Shown here one piece after another: positions 26,672-38,005 of a DNA stretch of 64,000 nt. The notes beneath the pieces were generated by a model. That model ran no database searches, was not told the origin of the DNA, and saw only the letters and a list, made by a program, of their open reading frames with translations. The stretch lies in NCBI GenBank assembly GCA_012026655.1, contig JAAILG010001603.1, positions 1-64,000 on the forward strand, read 5' to 3'. Source of the DNA: Hydrolagus affinis (taxonomy: Eukaryota). Both the position numbers and the translations under genes were made by a program. How positions within the stretch are numbered: position 1 is the stretch's first letter; each line of letters starts with the position of its first letter.

Positions 26672-27150
26672 TAATAATAATCCTTGCGCATGGTATAGCG
26701 CCTTATCACTCCTTCATAATATTCAGCCTCTCGGCTCCCACCCTCTGGAACGCCATCCCACAATCCGTTCGCCTCGCCCCCCTCCCTTGCCTCCTTCAAG
26801 ACCCTCCTCTTCGAATGTCCTTTCGATCACCCTCCTACCCCTACCCTCCCCGCCCTCCACCCTTCCAAAAGCGTGTCAAAGTGCTTCACAGAATATACCG
26901 TAAAGTGCGGTGGCTGTGGATTTTGCGGGTGAAACAAAATTGTGGGTAGTACTTAAGTGAATTCAGGAGGGGGAGAAAGGAGCAACACTGAAGATTAGCT
27001 GCAAAAATAATATATTGAGTTGGGTGTAATTGGGTGTAATTGTGGGATTATTATCAGGCATGCGGAGTAAGGAAACTCGTCCAAGGTTTTGACCTGCCTG
27101 GAATTGAACCTTGTAAGGCGAGTACTCTAATGACTGAGCCACAGGCCTAC
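26672..27150 (-). mobile_element. SINE interrupted by an inverted L2 segment (~26711-26870)
   Basis: SINE tail halves 'gcgccttatcac' and 'tcaaagtgcttcacag' flank a plus-strand L2 piece. Confidence 0.8.
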
Positions 27151-27355
27151 GTAATGGCAGGAAAGAAGACTTGGACTTTTTCCATTGCGAGTTGTACATT
27201 TGCAATGCAGGCATTAAAGCAACGGTTGCTTTGACATTAAGGATTCAGAATGAAACCAAACAAAAGGAAGTTTAGGAAGACAAATCAAACGTTTGAAGAG
27301 AAGGCGACATATTGTTTCGTCAAACATCAGGCTGAGGATAACTACACGTGGAACT

Positions 27356-27686
27356 GTGGAGCTCCTGTGGCTCAGTGTTAGAGCACTCTCCTTACAAGCG
27401 TGAGACCTGTGTTCGAATCCAGGTAGATCAGGGTGAAACCTTGGGCAAGTTTCCTTATGCCACGTGCCTAATAATAATCCCTCCCAAAAAAACAATAATA
27501 AAAATTGGTAATTTCAATCCACGACTGTGTGTGGGACGCTGCTGTGCGCAATTGGCTGCCGCATTTCGCCCACAAATATACAGTCAATTCACTTTACAGT
27601 ATATTCTGTGCAGCGCTTTGAGACGTCGATAAGATGTGAAAAGCGCTATATCAAATGCAAGGATTATTATTATATTATTATTATTA
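27356..27686 (+). mobile_element. Full-length SINE
   Basis: Near-consensus copy. Confidence 0.94.
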
Positions 27687-27976
27687 CACATATGCATCAA
27701 TTGGGACCTTTGGAATAATCCTACAACAGACTTTGCTGCAACCGAGGAGACTTGGCTTTCAAAATGTCTTTGCGAGAGTCCTTGGCTTGACATTGTCATC
27801 CAGTCCCCTCTAATGTTATCTCCTCTAAGCTCACCACCATCCAAAGTGTGGGTTTCTTTCCATTAGCCAATAGGCATTTTGTGAGGAAGGGCAGACATCT
27901 GACACACTGTTGAGTGAGTTCTTTTGACACAAACAGCCAGAAGCCAACGCAATTATCTCTTCGTGGTTGCAGATAG

Positions 27977-28232
27977 CAACAACAACAAATTACATTTGTA
28001 CAGCGCCTTTCATGTCAGGATGATGTCCCAAGGCTCTGGACAGTCAGGGAATCCGAATCCGAGCCCGAGCTGGGGGTTGGGACCAGGAAGGGTGGAGGGC
28101 GGGGAGGGTAGGAGGGTGATCGAAAGGACAATGGAAGAGAAGGGTCTTGAAGGAGGCAAAGGAGGGAGCGAGGCGAAGGGACTGTGGGGTGGAGTTCCAG
28201 AGGGTGGGAGCAGAGAGGCTGAATATTATGAA
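27977..28232 (-). mobile_element. L2 3' fragment
   Basis: (CAA)n, reverse tail stem-loop; ORF track shows FSLSAPTLWNS...ASFKTLLF. Confidence 0.88.
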
Positions 28233-31200
28233 CGTTATGTCCGACCATACTGGCACGATGTAATCAGTCATGTTTTGACCCCCGTGAAATTCTGGGACAT
28301 TCTGAAAGGTGTCTCCGGCTTGGCAAATGTCAAGCGAAAGACGGAAATCAACACCATTCTGGATAGTTCACAATCGTTATCTAAGTTTTTCCAACTAAAG
28401 CCCAGGATCACTGATTTGTTTTCTGCCGCACACGTGGACTAGAGGTGGCCGGGGGTGGGTAAGTCATGACGGTGGAGAGAAATGTTACTGCAGCAATAAT
28501 TGGCGCTGTGTGCCCCGTTAGCTCATCTACCGAGTGCATCTGCTTTTAGCTGACGTGTTATGTTTCCACTCATGTGGCTTCGATGGGCACTGGCATGCGA
28601 ATCGCGTGGAGCTGGCAGGACATTGTGGAATGCCGTGTGGACACGGAATCTCTGCTGCAGTATTTTGTTGCCGAGGCTGTTCGAGGGGAGTTGATGCCGC
28701 TCACAGTTTGCTCTGTTGGGCAAAGCAGCTGAGACTTTGGATGATGTAGTTTGACACGAGGACTGGCTTATTTCAGCTGCACCACAGCTGAAATCCGAAA
28801 CTTGCCCGTGGCATGTAATGTGAAGCCCGCACGTAGAGTGCGGTTACTGGCTGCAGAATGCTTCAGATGCTCTATCGGTAATTGTCTGTTTATCAAGTCT
28901 GTACAACCACGTGACTTGCCTGTCTGACTCATCCACGAATGTCACCCTAGGGTGCAAAATCCTCTCAACTGGATAATGTTTGCCTCACTCCTTCTCCTCA
29001 ACTAGCAGTATAATTTGGCGACCGTAGCAGCCATTTGTGCAACGCAATAGGTTGCTGTCGAGTATTCCACTGTTCAATCGCTCTTGTGATCAGTTTGGGC
29101 TAGTGGATACAAGTCATTTTGTCCCATTCCTCTGATTAGCGAGAGAACTTGGTGCGAGAATACCGCGTGGAAAAGACAAACATCAGCAACAAAGAGTCCC
29201 CTGTAGAGGAGTGAGGGCATTCCTACGTGCTTTATTCGAGGGGAAAGCTTTGCAATTGCATTTCTACACGTGACTACCCTTCTGAAATCTCAATGGGAAA
29301 GACTGAACTGTCTACGTGACCGGATTGCTCCATCGAATATTTCAATTTGAACTAACAAACGCTGTAAAATAATGATACAGCAGTAATAATCTTTTTATTT
29401 GACGTAGTGCCTTATCGCGCCCACAGAATGTACAGTCAATTCACTTTGCGGTGTACTCTGTGAAACACTTTGAGATATCTCAACGACGTGGTAAGATGCT
29501 ACATCAAATGCGAGGATTATTTTCGCCCACAAACATACAGTCAATTCACTTTACAGTATATTCCGTGAAGCGCTTTGAGACGTTGAGAAGACGTGAACAA
29601 CTCTATTAAAAATGCAAGGATTATAATTATTATTATTGTTCTCACCCATTGTTGAAATGTCTCAAAGCATGTCAGGGGATCTACTGAAAAAGTGTGTTCA
29701 CTGTGTGTTTTGTAGGGGAAGGCGCATTCAATTCCCTCAGTTTAGAATGTTTGTTTTCAAGCCTGGACGTGTTGATTTCACCTCTGTGCTGCCGAGCCAA
29801 ATCATGCGCTCGCTCCAGATGATGCTGCAACTTGTGTACATAGTGAGAAGTGCATATCTCCGTGGTGCTGCCACCAAATCAGCTCAGTTGGGTTTCCAAG
29901 GTTTTGTTGTAACACTCCAAGGTCCTGTCACTCTGTAGGTGGAGGATGTGGTCCAGGTTCTTGCGTGCCTTGAGGAGCCAGCTCACTGATCGTGCCTCCC
30001 AACCTCCCAACCCAAGGTTTTGCCCACGTCTAGATCTCTCGTGGGGACTCGATCAACAGCAGAAATACTGAACAAACTAAACTTGCACCACACGGTTGGT
30101 GTTTGGTCAGTTTAGGTGAGGTCCTCCAGCCACCTCGTATAATAGTCTATGGTCATTTGCACAGATTTATTCCCTCTGTCACACTGAGATTATACTTTGC
30201 TCACAAATATACAGCCAATTCACCTTACAGTATATTCTGTGAAGCGCTTTGAGACGTCAATAAGATGTGAAAAGCGCTATATCAAATGCAAGGATGATGA
30301 TGATGATGATTATTATTATAATAATGGTGGACGGATGTCTCAGGCAGCCTGTAGTCCTTCCTTGCTTATGTAAGACATACATCCCACCATAACTGGTGCC
30401 AGAAATATGTACCAGGATCAAAGTTCTCAAAGTCCTGAACACTCGCGTTAGAGTAGTGCTGTATTATCAATTGTATTTCTCATCAATGTGTCAGTGATCA
30501 CTGGTGCCGATTAACGTATCACACCTCACAATATTCACCCAATTGATTGCCTTTGACTTGCTTCCTAACATTTGTTTGAATAATAATAAAACCATAATAA
30601 CCTTTGCATTTGCCTTATTACATGTTGAGACGTCTCAACGCGCTTCGCCGAATACGCTATGAAAAGTGAATTGACTGTATATTTTGTGGGCGAAACGCCG
30701 CCTGCGTTTGTGACATTCACAAACCCAAATCACCGACAAAGTGTCCGGTGTTCGTTTATGAAGATTGATGCATGCATCTCTGCGGTATTTACTATGTGTT
30801 TGGCTTTATACTGCCAGTTCACTCGTTGAGATTAATATGTCTGCCACTTCCTGAGGTTTTTTCGCTATCGCGTTCTCTCTCTCTCTCCCCCGTAATATTT
30901 CTATCCAACTTATGCCTTAAAGGCTTGTAGTAACAGTGGAAGGATCAATAGCTGTTGATCTAATACTGCAGTGTCAGCATCAGATTGAGTTAATGCACGT
31001 GTGCCTGTGTTAGTGGCCTAATTGTGTGTAAAATGGATTGATTTGGGAAACTGGTGAGCTTTTAAACCCTGGGGAAGGGACAAGACTGCAATCACCTGTG
31101 CTGGAAAGTGTGCATATGGAACAACAATCCTATGGAATTATTGAAAATTATTAAAAAGATGCATCGTGTGTGTAAATTAGATCTGAAGCAGGAACAGACC

Positions 31201-32619
31201 TCACTATGGAATGGCATTAGTCCAGCTTATTAATAATAAAGTATGATGCACACAGCATGAGCTTATAAAAGACGAGCATCGTTGCTGTAGAGAGTCCATC
31301 TTATTAATAATACATCATGACCTATCTCTCCTCAGAGTAAGTATATGATAATATATTTATACACCTACATCGAAAGGAGCACTTCAGTGTGAAGCTGACC
31401 AAATTGAATCCTTTGTTTTGCTTTGCTTTTTTAAAAAAAAATATATATTTAAAAAAAACTATTTACAGGGTTTGGATTCATGTGTGAGGCAGGTGTGATG
31501 CACATAGAAACTCAGGCCAAAGAGATCCCATTGGAACACGGGGTATTTTTACTTGTTCGGGTTTGAAGTGGGAAGGAAAGGTGACCTGTAACATAACGCC
31601 AATCAAGCCGATGGCATTGGCTGTGTCATTAAGAGATGGAATTCCAATAATAATAATAATTCTGGCATTTGATAAAGCGCTTCTCACATCTGATATCTCA
31701 TTTGGCATTTTGCTATTTTTATTTTCTGTACAAATTGGCTTTGTGTTTTTATCCAGGGCAATGTGGAGCAAAATGCCACATGGCCCATACCATTACATCC
31801 TTGGCTCTGGTCTAGTCAGTGTGCGCTCTCTTGTACAGAAACAGTTCTTTGAATTAAATATCAATGGAGACACTTGGTTTCTCAATTCCTCCTCCCCACC
31901 CCCCCTACTCCCTTCCCCCCTCCCACCCCCCTCACCCAACCCCCCCTCACACACAACCTCTAATGTGCTGTGGTACTAAACCATTACCTCTACCAACAGA
32001 GTCGAAAAGAAATTGGATTTTTTTTTTTATCCGTCCCAGAAGCAAATCCACATTTATCATCCATCACTCTTATCAGTCTCGGAAGTTCCATTAAAACGAC
32101 AATGCACTATTCCTGATGACATCGCTGTTATCAACATACAGTGATTTCTTATGAACCCTAAACAAAGCTATCAACAGAGCGCAGAGAAAATTGCTAACCT
32201 GTTTGTTGTCAGGTAAGTAACTGTTGAAATTGAGTGTGTGTGTGTGTGTACATATTTTTCTCAGGTGTATTGCAAGAAGAAGCGAAAGAAAATTCATTTA
32301 TACTTTTACAATATCACATTTAGTAAAACAGACACATTCCTAAAAGATATTTGTGGTTTTTAACATCACTGAATGTTTCAGTGTGATGGAAATTCCTGTT
32401 CGGGTTTAATATTCCATTTATTGTTGCACTGGACTATTTTACCGCAATAATTCGAGTCAGTTTGCCCCTTATTGCAGAATCAGCAGCTACATTAACAACT
32501 ATATTATATACGTAATAGAATGGTTCTAATTCAAATGTACTTCAATAAGATATCTGAGAGTTACGTCCTCCCGTTTGAACATTCCCATTCACATTCTTCC
32601 CTTATTTCCCTAATTTCCT

Positions 32620-32840
32620 TGCTCCACACGCATAATAATAATCCCTCAAAAAAAAACCACAATAATAAAGTTGGTCATTTCAATCCACGACTGTTTGTGG
32701 GACGCTGCTGTGCGCAATAGGCTGCCGTGTTTCGCTCACAAATATATAGTCAATTCACTTTATAGTATATTCTGTGAAGTGCTTTGAGACGTCTAGAATA
32801 CATGAAAAGCGCTAAATCAAATGCAAGAATTATTATTATT
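32620..32840 (+). mobile_element. 5'-truncated SINE
   Basis: Deu-like body and tail. Confidence 0.88.
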
Positions 32841-33242
32841 AGTTGAGAGTAACGTGTCTGATGTGATGACTTTCCTTGACCTGGTGGCCATTTACAGATC
32901 TCTGCAAGTTAGTTTCTCCTCCATAATATTGTTTACCTCGGTGCATAATATTTCCACACCATTTGCACCCGCTTCAAAATTAATTTATGACCTTGTGTCT
33001 TCCTTCACACACACACAAAAAAAGCCACACTGCGATCTGCGATCTGTATCCCTTTCAATCTTTCAATCACCCACCCTCCATTCCGCATCATAATTTAATC
33101 GAGTCTTGATGCCCTTACTGGCAGAAACTTCCTTATTCGTTGGGTTGAAAAAGACGCTCTCTTACTGACGGGTAGTAGTGAGAGGTTGGTTATTTTCCCC
33201 GACTTCAGATTTATGAGGTGAATCAACCGACGTTTAACAAGA

Positions 33243-33485
33243 ATAATAATAATATGTGCATTTGACATAGCTCCTTATTCCGATTTTGAGACGTCTCAAA
33301 CTGCTTCACAGAATATACTGTAAAGTAAATTGACTGTAAATTTGTTGGTGAAATGCCAATTGCGCACAGCAGTGTCCCATAAACAACGGTGGATTTAATT
33401 TTCTATTTGTTTTAAAGGGATTGCTACCCCCAGAAAAACCATCCATCAATTGACTAACAACCTTACTTACCGCTGAGTAAACAGT
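33243..33485 (-). mobile_element. SINE, long subfamily, 5'-truncated
   Basis: Reverse tail plus 'ctaacaaccttacttaccgctgagtaaacag'. Confidence 0.8.
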
Positions 33486-34324
33486 ATTTGGGTTTGAGAT
33501 CACCAAAAATGAAAAACAAATGTTTCTGTAGTAACAAATTAATAACAACAGCAATGACGACTTGCATTTATATCGCCCTCCATGCAACTTTCTGATGGGG
33601 AAGGAAGGGGCAAAGGGGAAGGATAGAGAAAGAGTGTGCCTGAGTTTCAGGCTGTAGTGCTGAAAACCACTAGCGTGAGAAGGACGGATAAAACTTGATA
33701 CTTTTAGATTCTTTCCTGGATCTAAAGTAAAAATTGGGTTGATAGTTTCTTTTCCCCTAGAAAAGCATCTACAGTATCTCGCCTCGACTGAACACACAAA
33801 GCTACGGGGTTAGAAATACTATTGCAACATTATTAAAGTCTTTGTAGCAACATCAATATCTCTTCCCGCCTCTGAATAGTGAGAAAAGACTAAAAATCAT
33901 CCCAAATGCGATAAATCAAGTAGTATTATTAAATCAGAACCATGGCTCGTGTGCCGGGAGATTGCATTAAAAATCCATTATCGAAAATATTACTAGGTCG
34001 AGCCAAATAAAGCAGGAGGCAATTTGATTAGGCTTGATCTTTACAAAAAAAAGTTGTGCTGTGACAAAAAAAGAAGGAAAACAAGATTAGTTGCTTGCAA
34101 CTCTGCTATGAAAGTCATTTTAATGCAACGCAGAAGCTTTCCTCGGCATAGCTGAGTTGTCTTGTGTTTTCCTACGATACCGGCCCAGAGAAGAAGAAAA
34201 AAATGTGTGTATGAGTGGAACTGAAATAATAATATTATAATAATCCTTGCATTTTATCCTTGATCCGAATAATAATCCTTGCGCCTTATTATGGTCATTG
34301 AAACGTCTCAAAATGCTTCCACAA

Positions 34325-34550
34325 AAATGTCTCTGCATCTGTTTGAATGTTCTTCTTTGTGTTTCTACGTGTTTCTCTGTGCTTGTATTTGAGTCTCTCT
34401 GTTTCTGTCCATTTCTCTGTACTACGGTACGTTTCTCCACGTTTGGCTGTGTGTGTCTCTCTGTGTAGCTCTGCATTTCCGCGTTGCTATGTTTCTCTTT
34501 GTGTCTCTCCGCGTTTCTATGGGTCTCGCCGTGTTTAGGCATGTCTCTGC
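34325..34550. repeat. Low-complexity (TG/TC)-rich degenerate repeat
   Basis: Repeated tgtttctct/gtgtctct units. Confidence 0.8.
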
Positions 34551-35097
34551 TGATTACGTTGACATTACCTGCGTGTGACTTTGACAATGCTCGGACTGAA
34601 TCTCGACCATTCAGTTCAGTACAAAGATTTCCCTTTTCCATCGATGGCAAAGGCTATAATTATAATGTCTGAAATTTTACAAGGCCTCAAGAGTGGGAAT
34701 TCTGGACGGAGCGTTCGTCATTCACGAGTCTAGACGTCACAGTCAAAAAAAACATCTGGACTTGCTGAGCAGAGGAGTGTTACCAATAATAATATCCTTA
34801 TCACATCATTGAGACGTCTCAAACTGCTTCACAGGTTAAAGTAAAGTATATAGTACTGCCAAGCCCTCTTGATAGGCTACCCAGTGTCCACAGTGTCATT
34901 TCAGGTCAAGTTGTTGTTCTTAAAGTGAATCGATTGTATATTTCGTGGGCAACAGATGAATCTTAGGGCAGATAAAATACGGTGAAGCTTAATAGAATGG
35001 AAACAATATCCAGCTGCGATTCCATTAGTATAGAGTGGCAAGTTATTGCAACCCGAAACTTTTCAACAAAGCCAACTGAATTCGAGGACACGTCTCA

Positions 35098-35424
35098 TAA
35101 TAATAATAATAATAATCCTTGAAGTTGATATAGCGCATGTCACGTCTACTGGACGTCTCAAAGCGCTTCACAGAATATACTGTATTGACTGTATATTTGT
35201 GGGCAAAACGCGGCAGCCATTTGCACACAGCAGTGTCCCCACAAACAGTGTTGGATTCAAAATGACCAATTTTATTCTTGTGTTTTTTTTTGGAGGGATT
35301 ATTATTATTAGGCGTGTGTGTGGATTAAGGAAACTTGCCCAAGGTTTCACCCTGACCTGCCTGGATTCGAACACAGATCTCACATTTGTAAGGAGAGTGC
35401 TCTAACCGCTGAGCCACAGGACTC
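35098..35424 (-). mobile_element. Full-length SINE
   Basis: Near-consensus reverse copy. Confidence 0.93.
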
Positions 35425-36469
35425 TTCAGAGCAGGGTTCCTTGGCTTGCGTCGCCTGCCAGCTCGTGAGTTACTGGCTTTGCTAAATGATCTGATCAGAG
35501 TTAAGCCAATAGTCCACTAGCCAGAAAGTTTGTAGCATCATCTCAGGGTCTCTAACACCAAGTTATTCCAGTCAGTTTGTCTACGGATTTGTCGCGTGGC
35601 CCTTACACACACACAGCTCTCTCACCACCAAGATAATGACGACGTTTTCTTATTTAACCTGGAGTTTATGCACAATGGCAGGTCATTAATAGCATTTAAC
35701 TGTTTGCAATGACAGAATATTATGATATTTCAGCTTCAATCAATTCTATTAGTGGAGTTCATCTTGGATTAGTATTAAATACAAGCCATGACTCAGCGCT
35801 TCCAGTGGTTGCTACTGAGAAGGGCAAGGGATCACGCCCCAGAAATGTACAGTATATTAAGCCTCCTAGCCTCATTAGAACCCCTCTTTTTCTCACCCAC
35901 AAAATGTACAGTCAATATAAAGCGCCTTCTCACGTCTCAAAGATACGATCAAGTCCGATACAAATGTAATGTTGTTGTTGATGTTGTGTATCAAATGCAA
36001 GGATTATTATTATTATTTTGCCTTATTCTTGGTCAGATAGAAGCCTCTTTCAGGCAAGAGATTTCTCCTTCAGGGAAGGAGGAAATGACTGCCGTCTCGC
36101 CTTTAGCTGAATGATACCACTTGACAGCTCTTCATTGAATTAACCTTAATTGGTTGTTAGTTTGAAATGTTTTACAGAACGTGTCCCAGTTTACAAAATG
36201 GCCAACGTGACAACTTGCGATGTAGCAAATGTCTTTCATTTTTCATGGTTTCTTCTCTGAGCTCTGGGTACCCTCTCCCCGAAATTCCATCTCTCTAAAT
36301 CCCAGGCCATTCAAATTGTATATTTAATTGGTATTTCCCTCGTTTTGTATGTGCTAGTTATTTTGTTGTATTGGAAAAGCTTGGTCATAAAATGCAAGTG
36401 GAATGAGGTGGGGTATGAGGGAATGCGTGTGTGTATATGGTTGGGTGGGAGTATACATGATAATGTTGA

Positions 36470-36513
36470 AAATTAACAAGGGGTACATTACTGAAAAGGG
36501 TTGAGAACCACTG
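36470..36513. mobile_element. hAT (MER5/Charlie-like) MITE end
   Basis: Ends in 'aagggttgagaaccactg', the reverse of TIR CAGTGGTTCTCAACC; partner TIR not found. Confidence 0.6.
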
Positions 36514-36654
36514 CATTAGGGTACATGCGTTAAGGTTTACCCCCTCGGGGTAAAAGGCGCTAATTGTGATCACTGGTCACTGCCAAAGGTTGAAAGTTAA
36601 GGCCGAAGAGAAAAATGGCCACATCCAAATATCTCCCATCCTTTTTCAGGTCAC

Positions 36655-36935
36655 AACAAGAACAACAACTTGGATTTAAATTTCACCCTCTATGCCAGAC
36701 AGCGTCTCAGAGCGCTTCGCAAAACAGATCCTGGGGCCGAGCCGGGGGGAAGGGGGAAAGAAAGGTGACCAAAAGCGCCGTCAAAAAGAAAAATCTTAAG
36801 GAGTAACCTGAAATAGGGAAGGAACAGGGCGAGGCAAAGGGAGCGAGGGAGGGAGTCACTATACTCCAGGACCTCGGGGTATAGTGGCTGAAGGCATGGC
36901 CGCCGATGGTGGAACAGAGGATTCGGGGGGACAAC
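36655..36935 (-). mobile_element. Older L2 3' fragment
   Basis: ORF track shows STIGGHAFSHYTPRSWS and LLKIFLFDGAF; (CAA)n end. Confidence 0.8.
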
Positions 36936-37254
36936 AGCCACTTCCTTTGCCTCAATTCATCCTGCTTCCCTGAAGACTTCAGGCATAACCTGGCCATAGT
37001 TACAATTCCAATTTATAGTGCCCTTTCACGTCGGGAAGACACACATCAACCAGGAATATCCTGGTCAAACATCGAGTCTACCTGTGCAAACCTAGGTGCT
37101 ATTTGAAGAACAATAACAATGCTTGCATTTGAAATAACGCCTTATCACCTTGTTAAAGAAATCTCAGAGTGTTTTACAGCGTTTACTGTAAAACCCCTTG
37201 GGACGTCCTCCCAACATGAAAGGCGCTGTACAAATGTAATTTTGTTGTTCTTGT

Positions 37255-37600
37255 TGTTGTAAAATTTATATGGACCGTTTTTATATAGATGAATGCGACA
37301 GCCAACTTTTGCACGCACAGATATCTCACCCACAGCCATGAAAGACTGATTTTATTCGGAGGAATTGATGTTCAGGATAACTCGCTTCTCTCTTTCTTCA
37401 AATGGGATTGTGAACGCCCAGCTGAACAGGAAGACGAGATCTCGCCTTAACCGAAAGACGGCACCTCTGACAATGAGGCACCCCCCAGCCCCGCACTGGA
37501 GCGTCAGCCTAGTTTATGAGCTCAAAGTCGCGATACGTGGCTTGGACCCACAGTCTTCTGACTCCGAAGCGAGAGTGCCATCAAGTGAGGTAGACTGACA
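37255..37600 (-). mobile_element. Near-complete old Deu-domain SINE
   Basis: 'ccgaaagacggcacctctgacaatg...gcactggagcgtcagcctag...cttctgactccgaagcgagagtgc'. Confidence 0.8.
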
Positions 37601-37789
37601 CCTTATCTGATCATGGAACTATCTTTATCTGACCATTTCTGAAGCATACCTTAATCCTTGTGTTTTGCCTACTTTGCTCTGACCCACGAGGTGAAACGAA
37701 TGGAGCGTTAAAGTGTGCTGCTGTTCGAATTCATGAAAGCTTTGAGAGGTAAATAATGACGGATGAATCGGCAACACAAAGGTTCAGCT

Positions 37790-38005
37790 CAGAATTATTA
37801 CGAGAAGCGTGAAGGTTAAAGATTTTTTTTGTACACAAAGGATGTGGAATGCGTTGCCACAAGTGGCCATTGAGGGCGAATCAATTCCATCATTTAAAAG
37901 GGAATCAGATAAACACTCAAAGAGGGTACAGGGAAGGTGGTGGGGACGAGAGTCTGTGACCATGGATTGAATGGCCTCCTTCTGAGTATACATTTCTCCG
38001 ATGCT
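37790..38005 (+). mobile_element. CR1 LINE 3' end
   Basis: 'tggaatgcgttgccacaagtggccattgagg..tcatttaaaagggaa' (WNALPQVAIE..SFKRE), then 3' UTR 'atggattgaatggcctccttctg'. Confidence 0.85.

Noticed and set aside
34120-34650. 176-aa K/R/H/E-rich ORF
   Set aside because: Translation of a low-complexity TG/TC repeat
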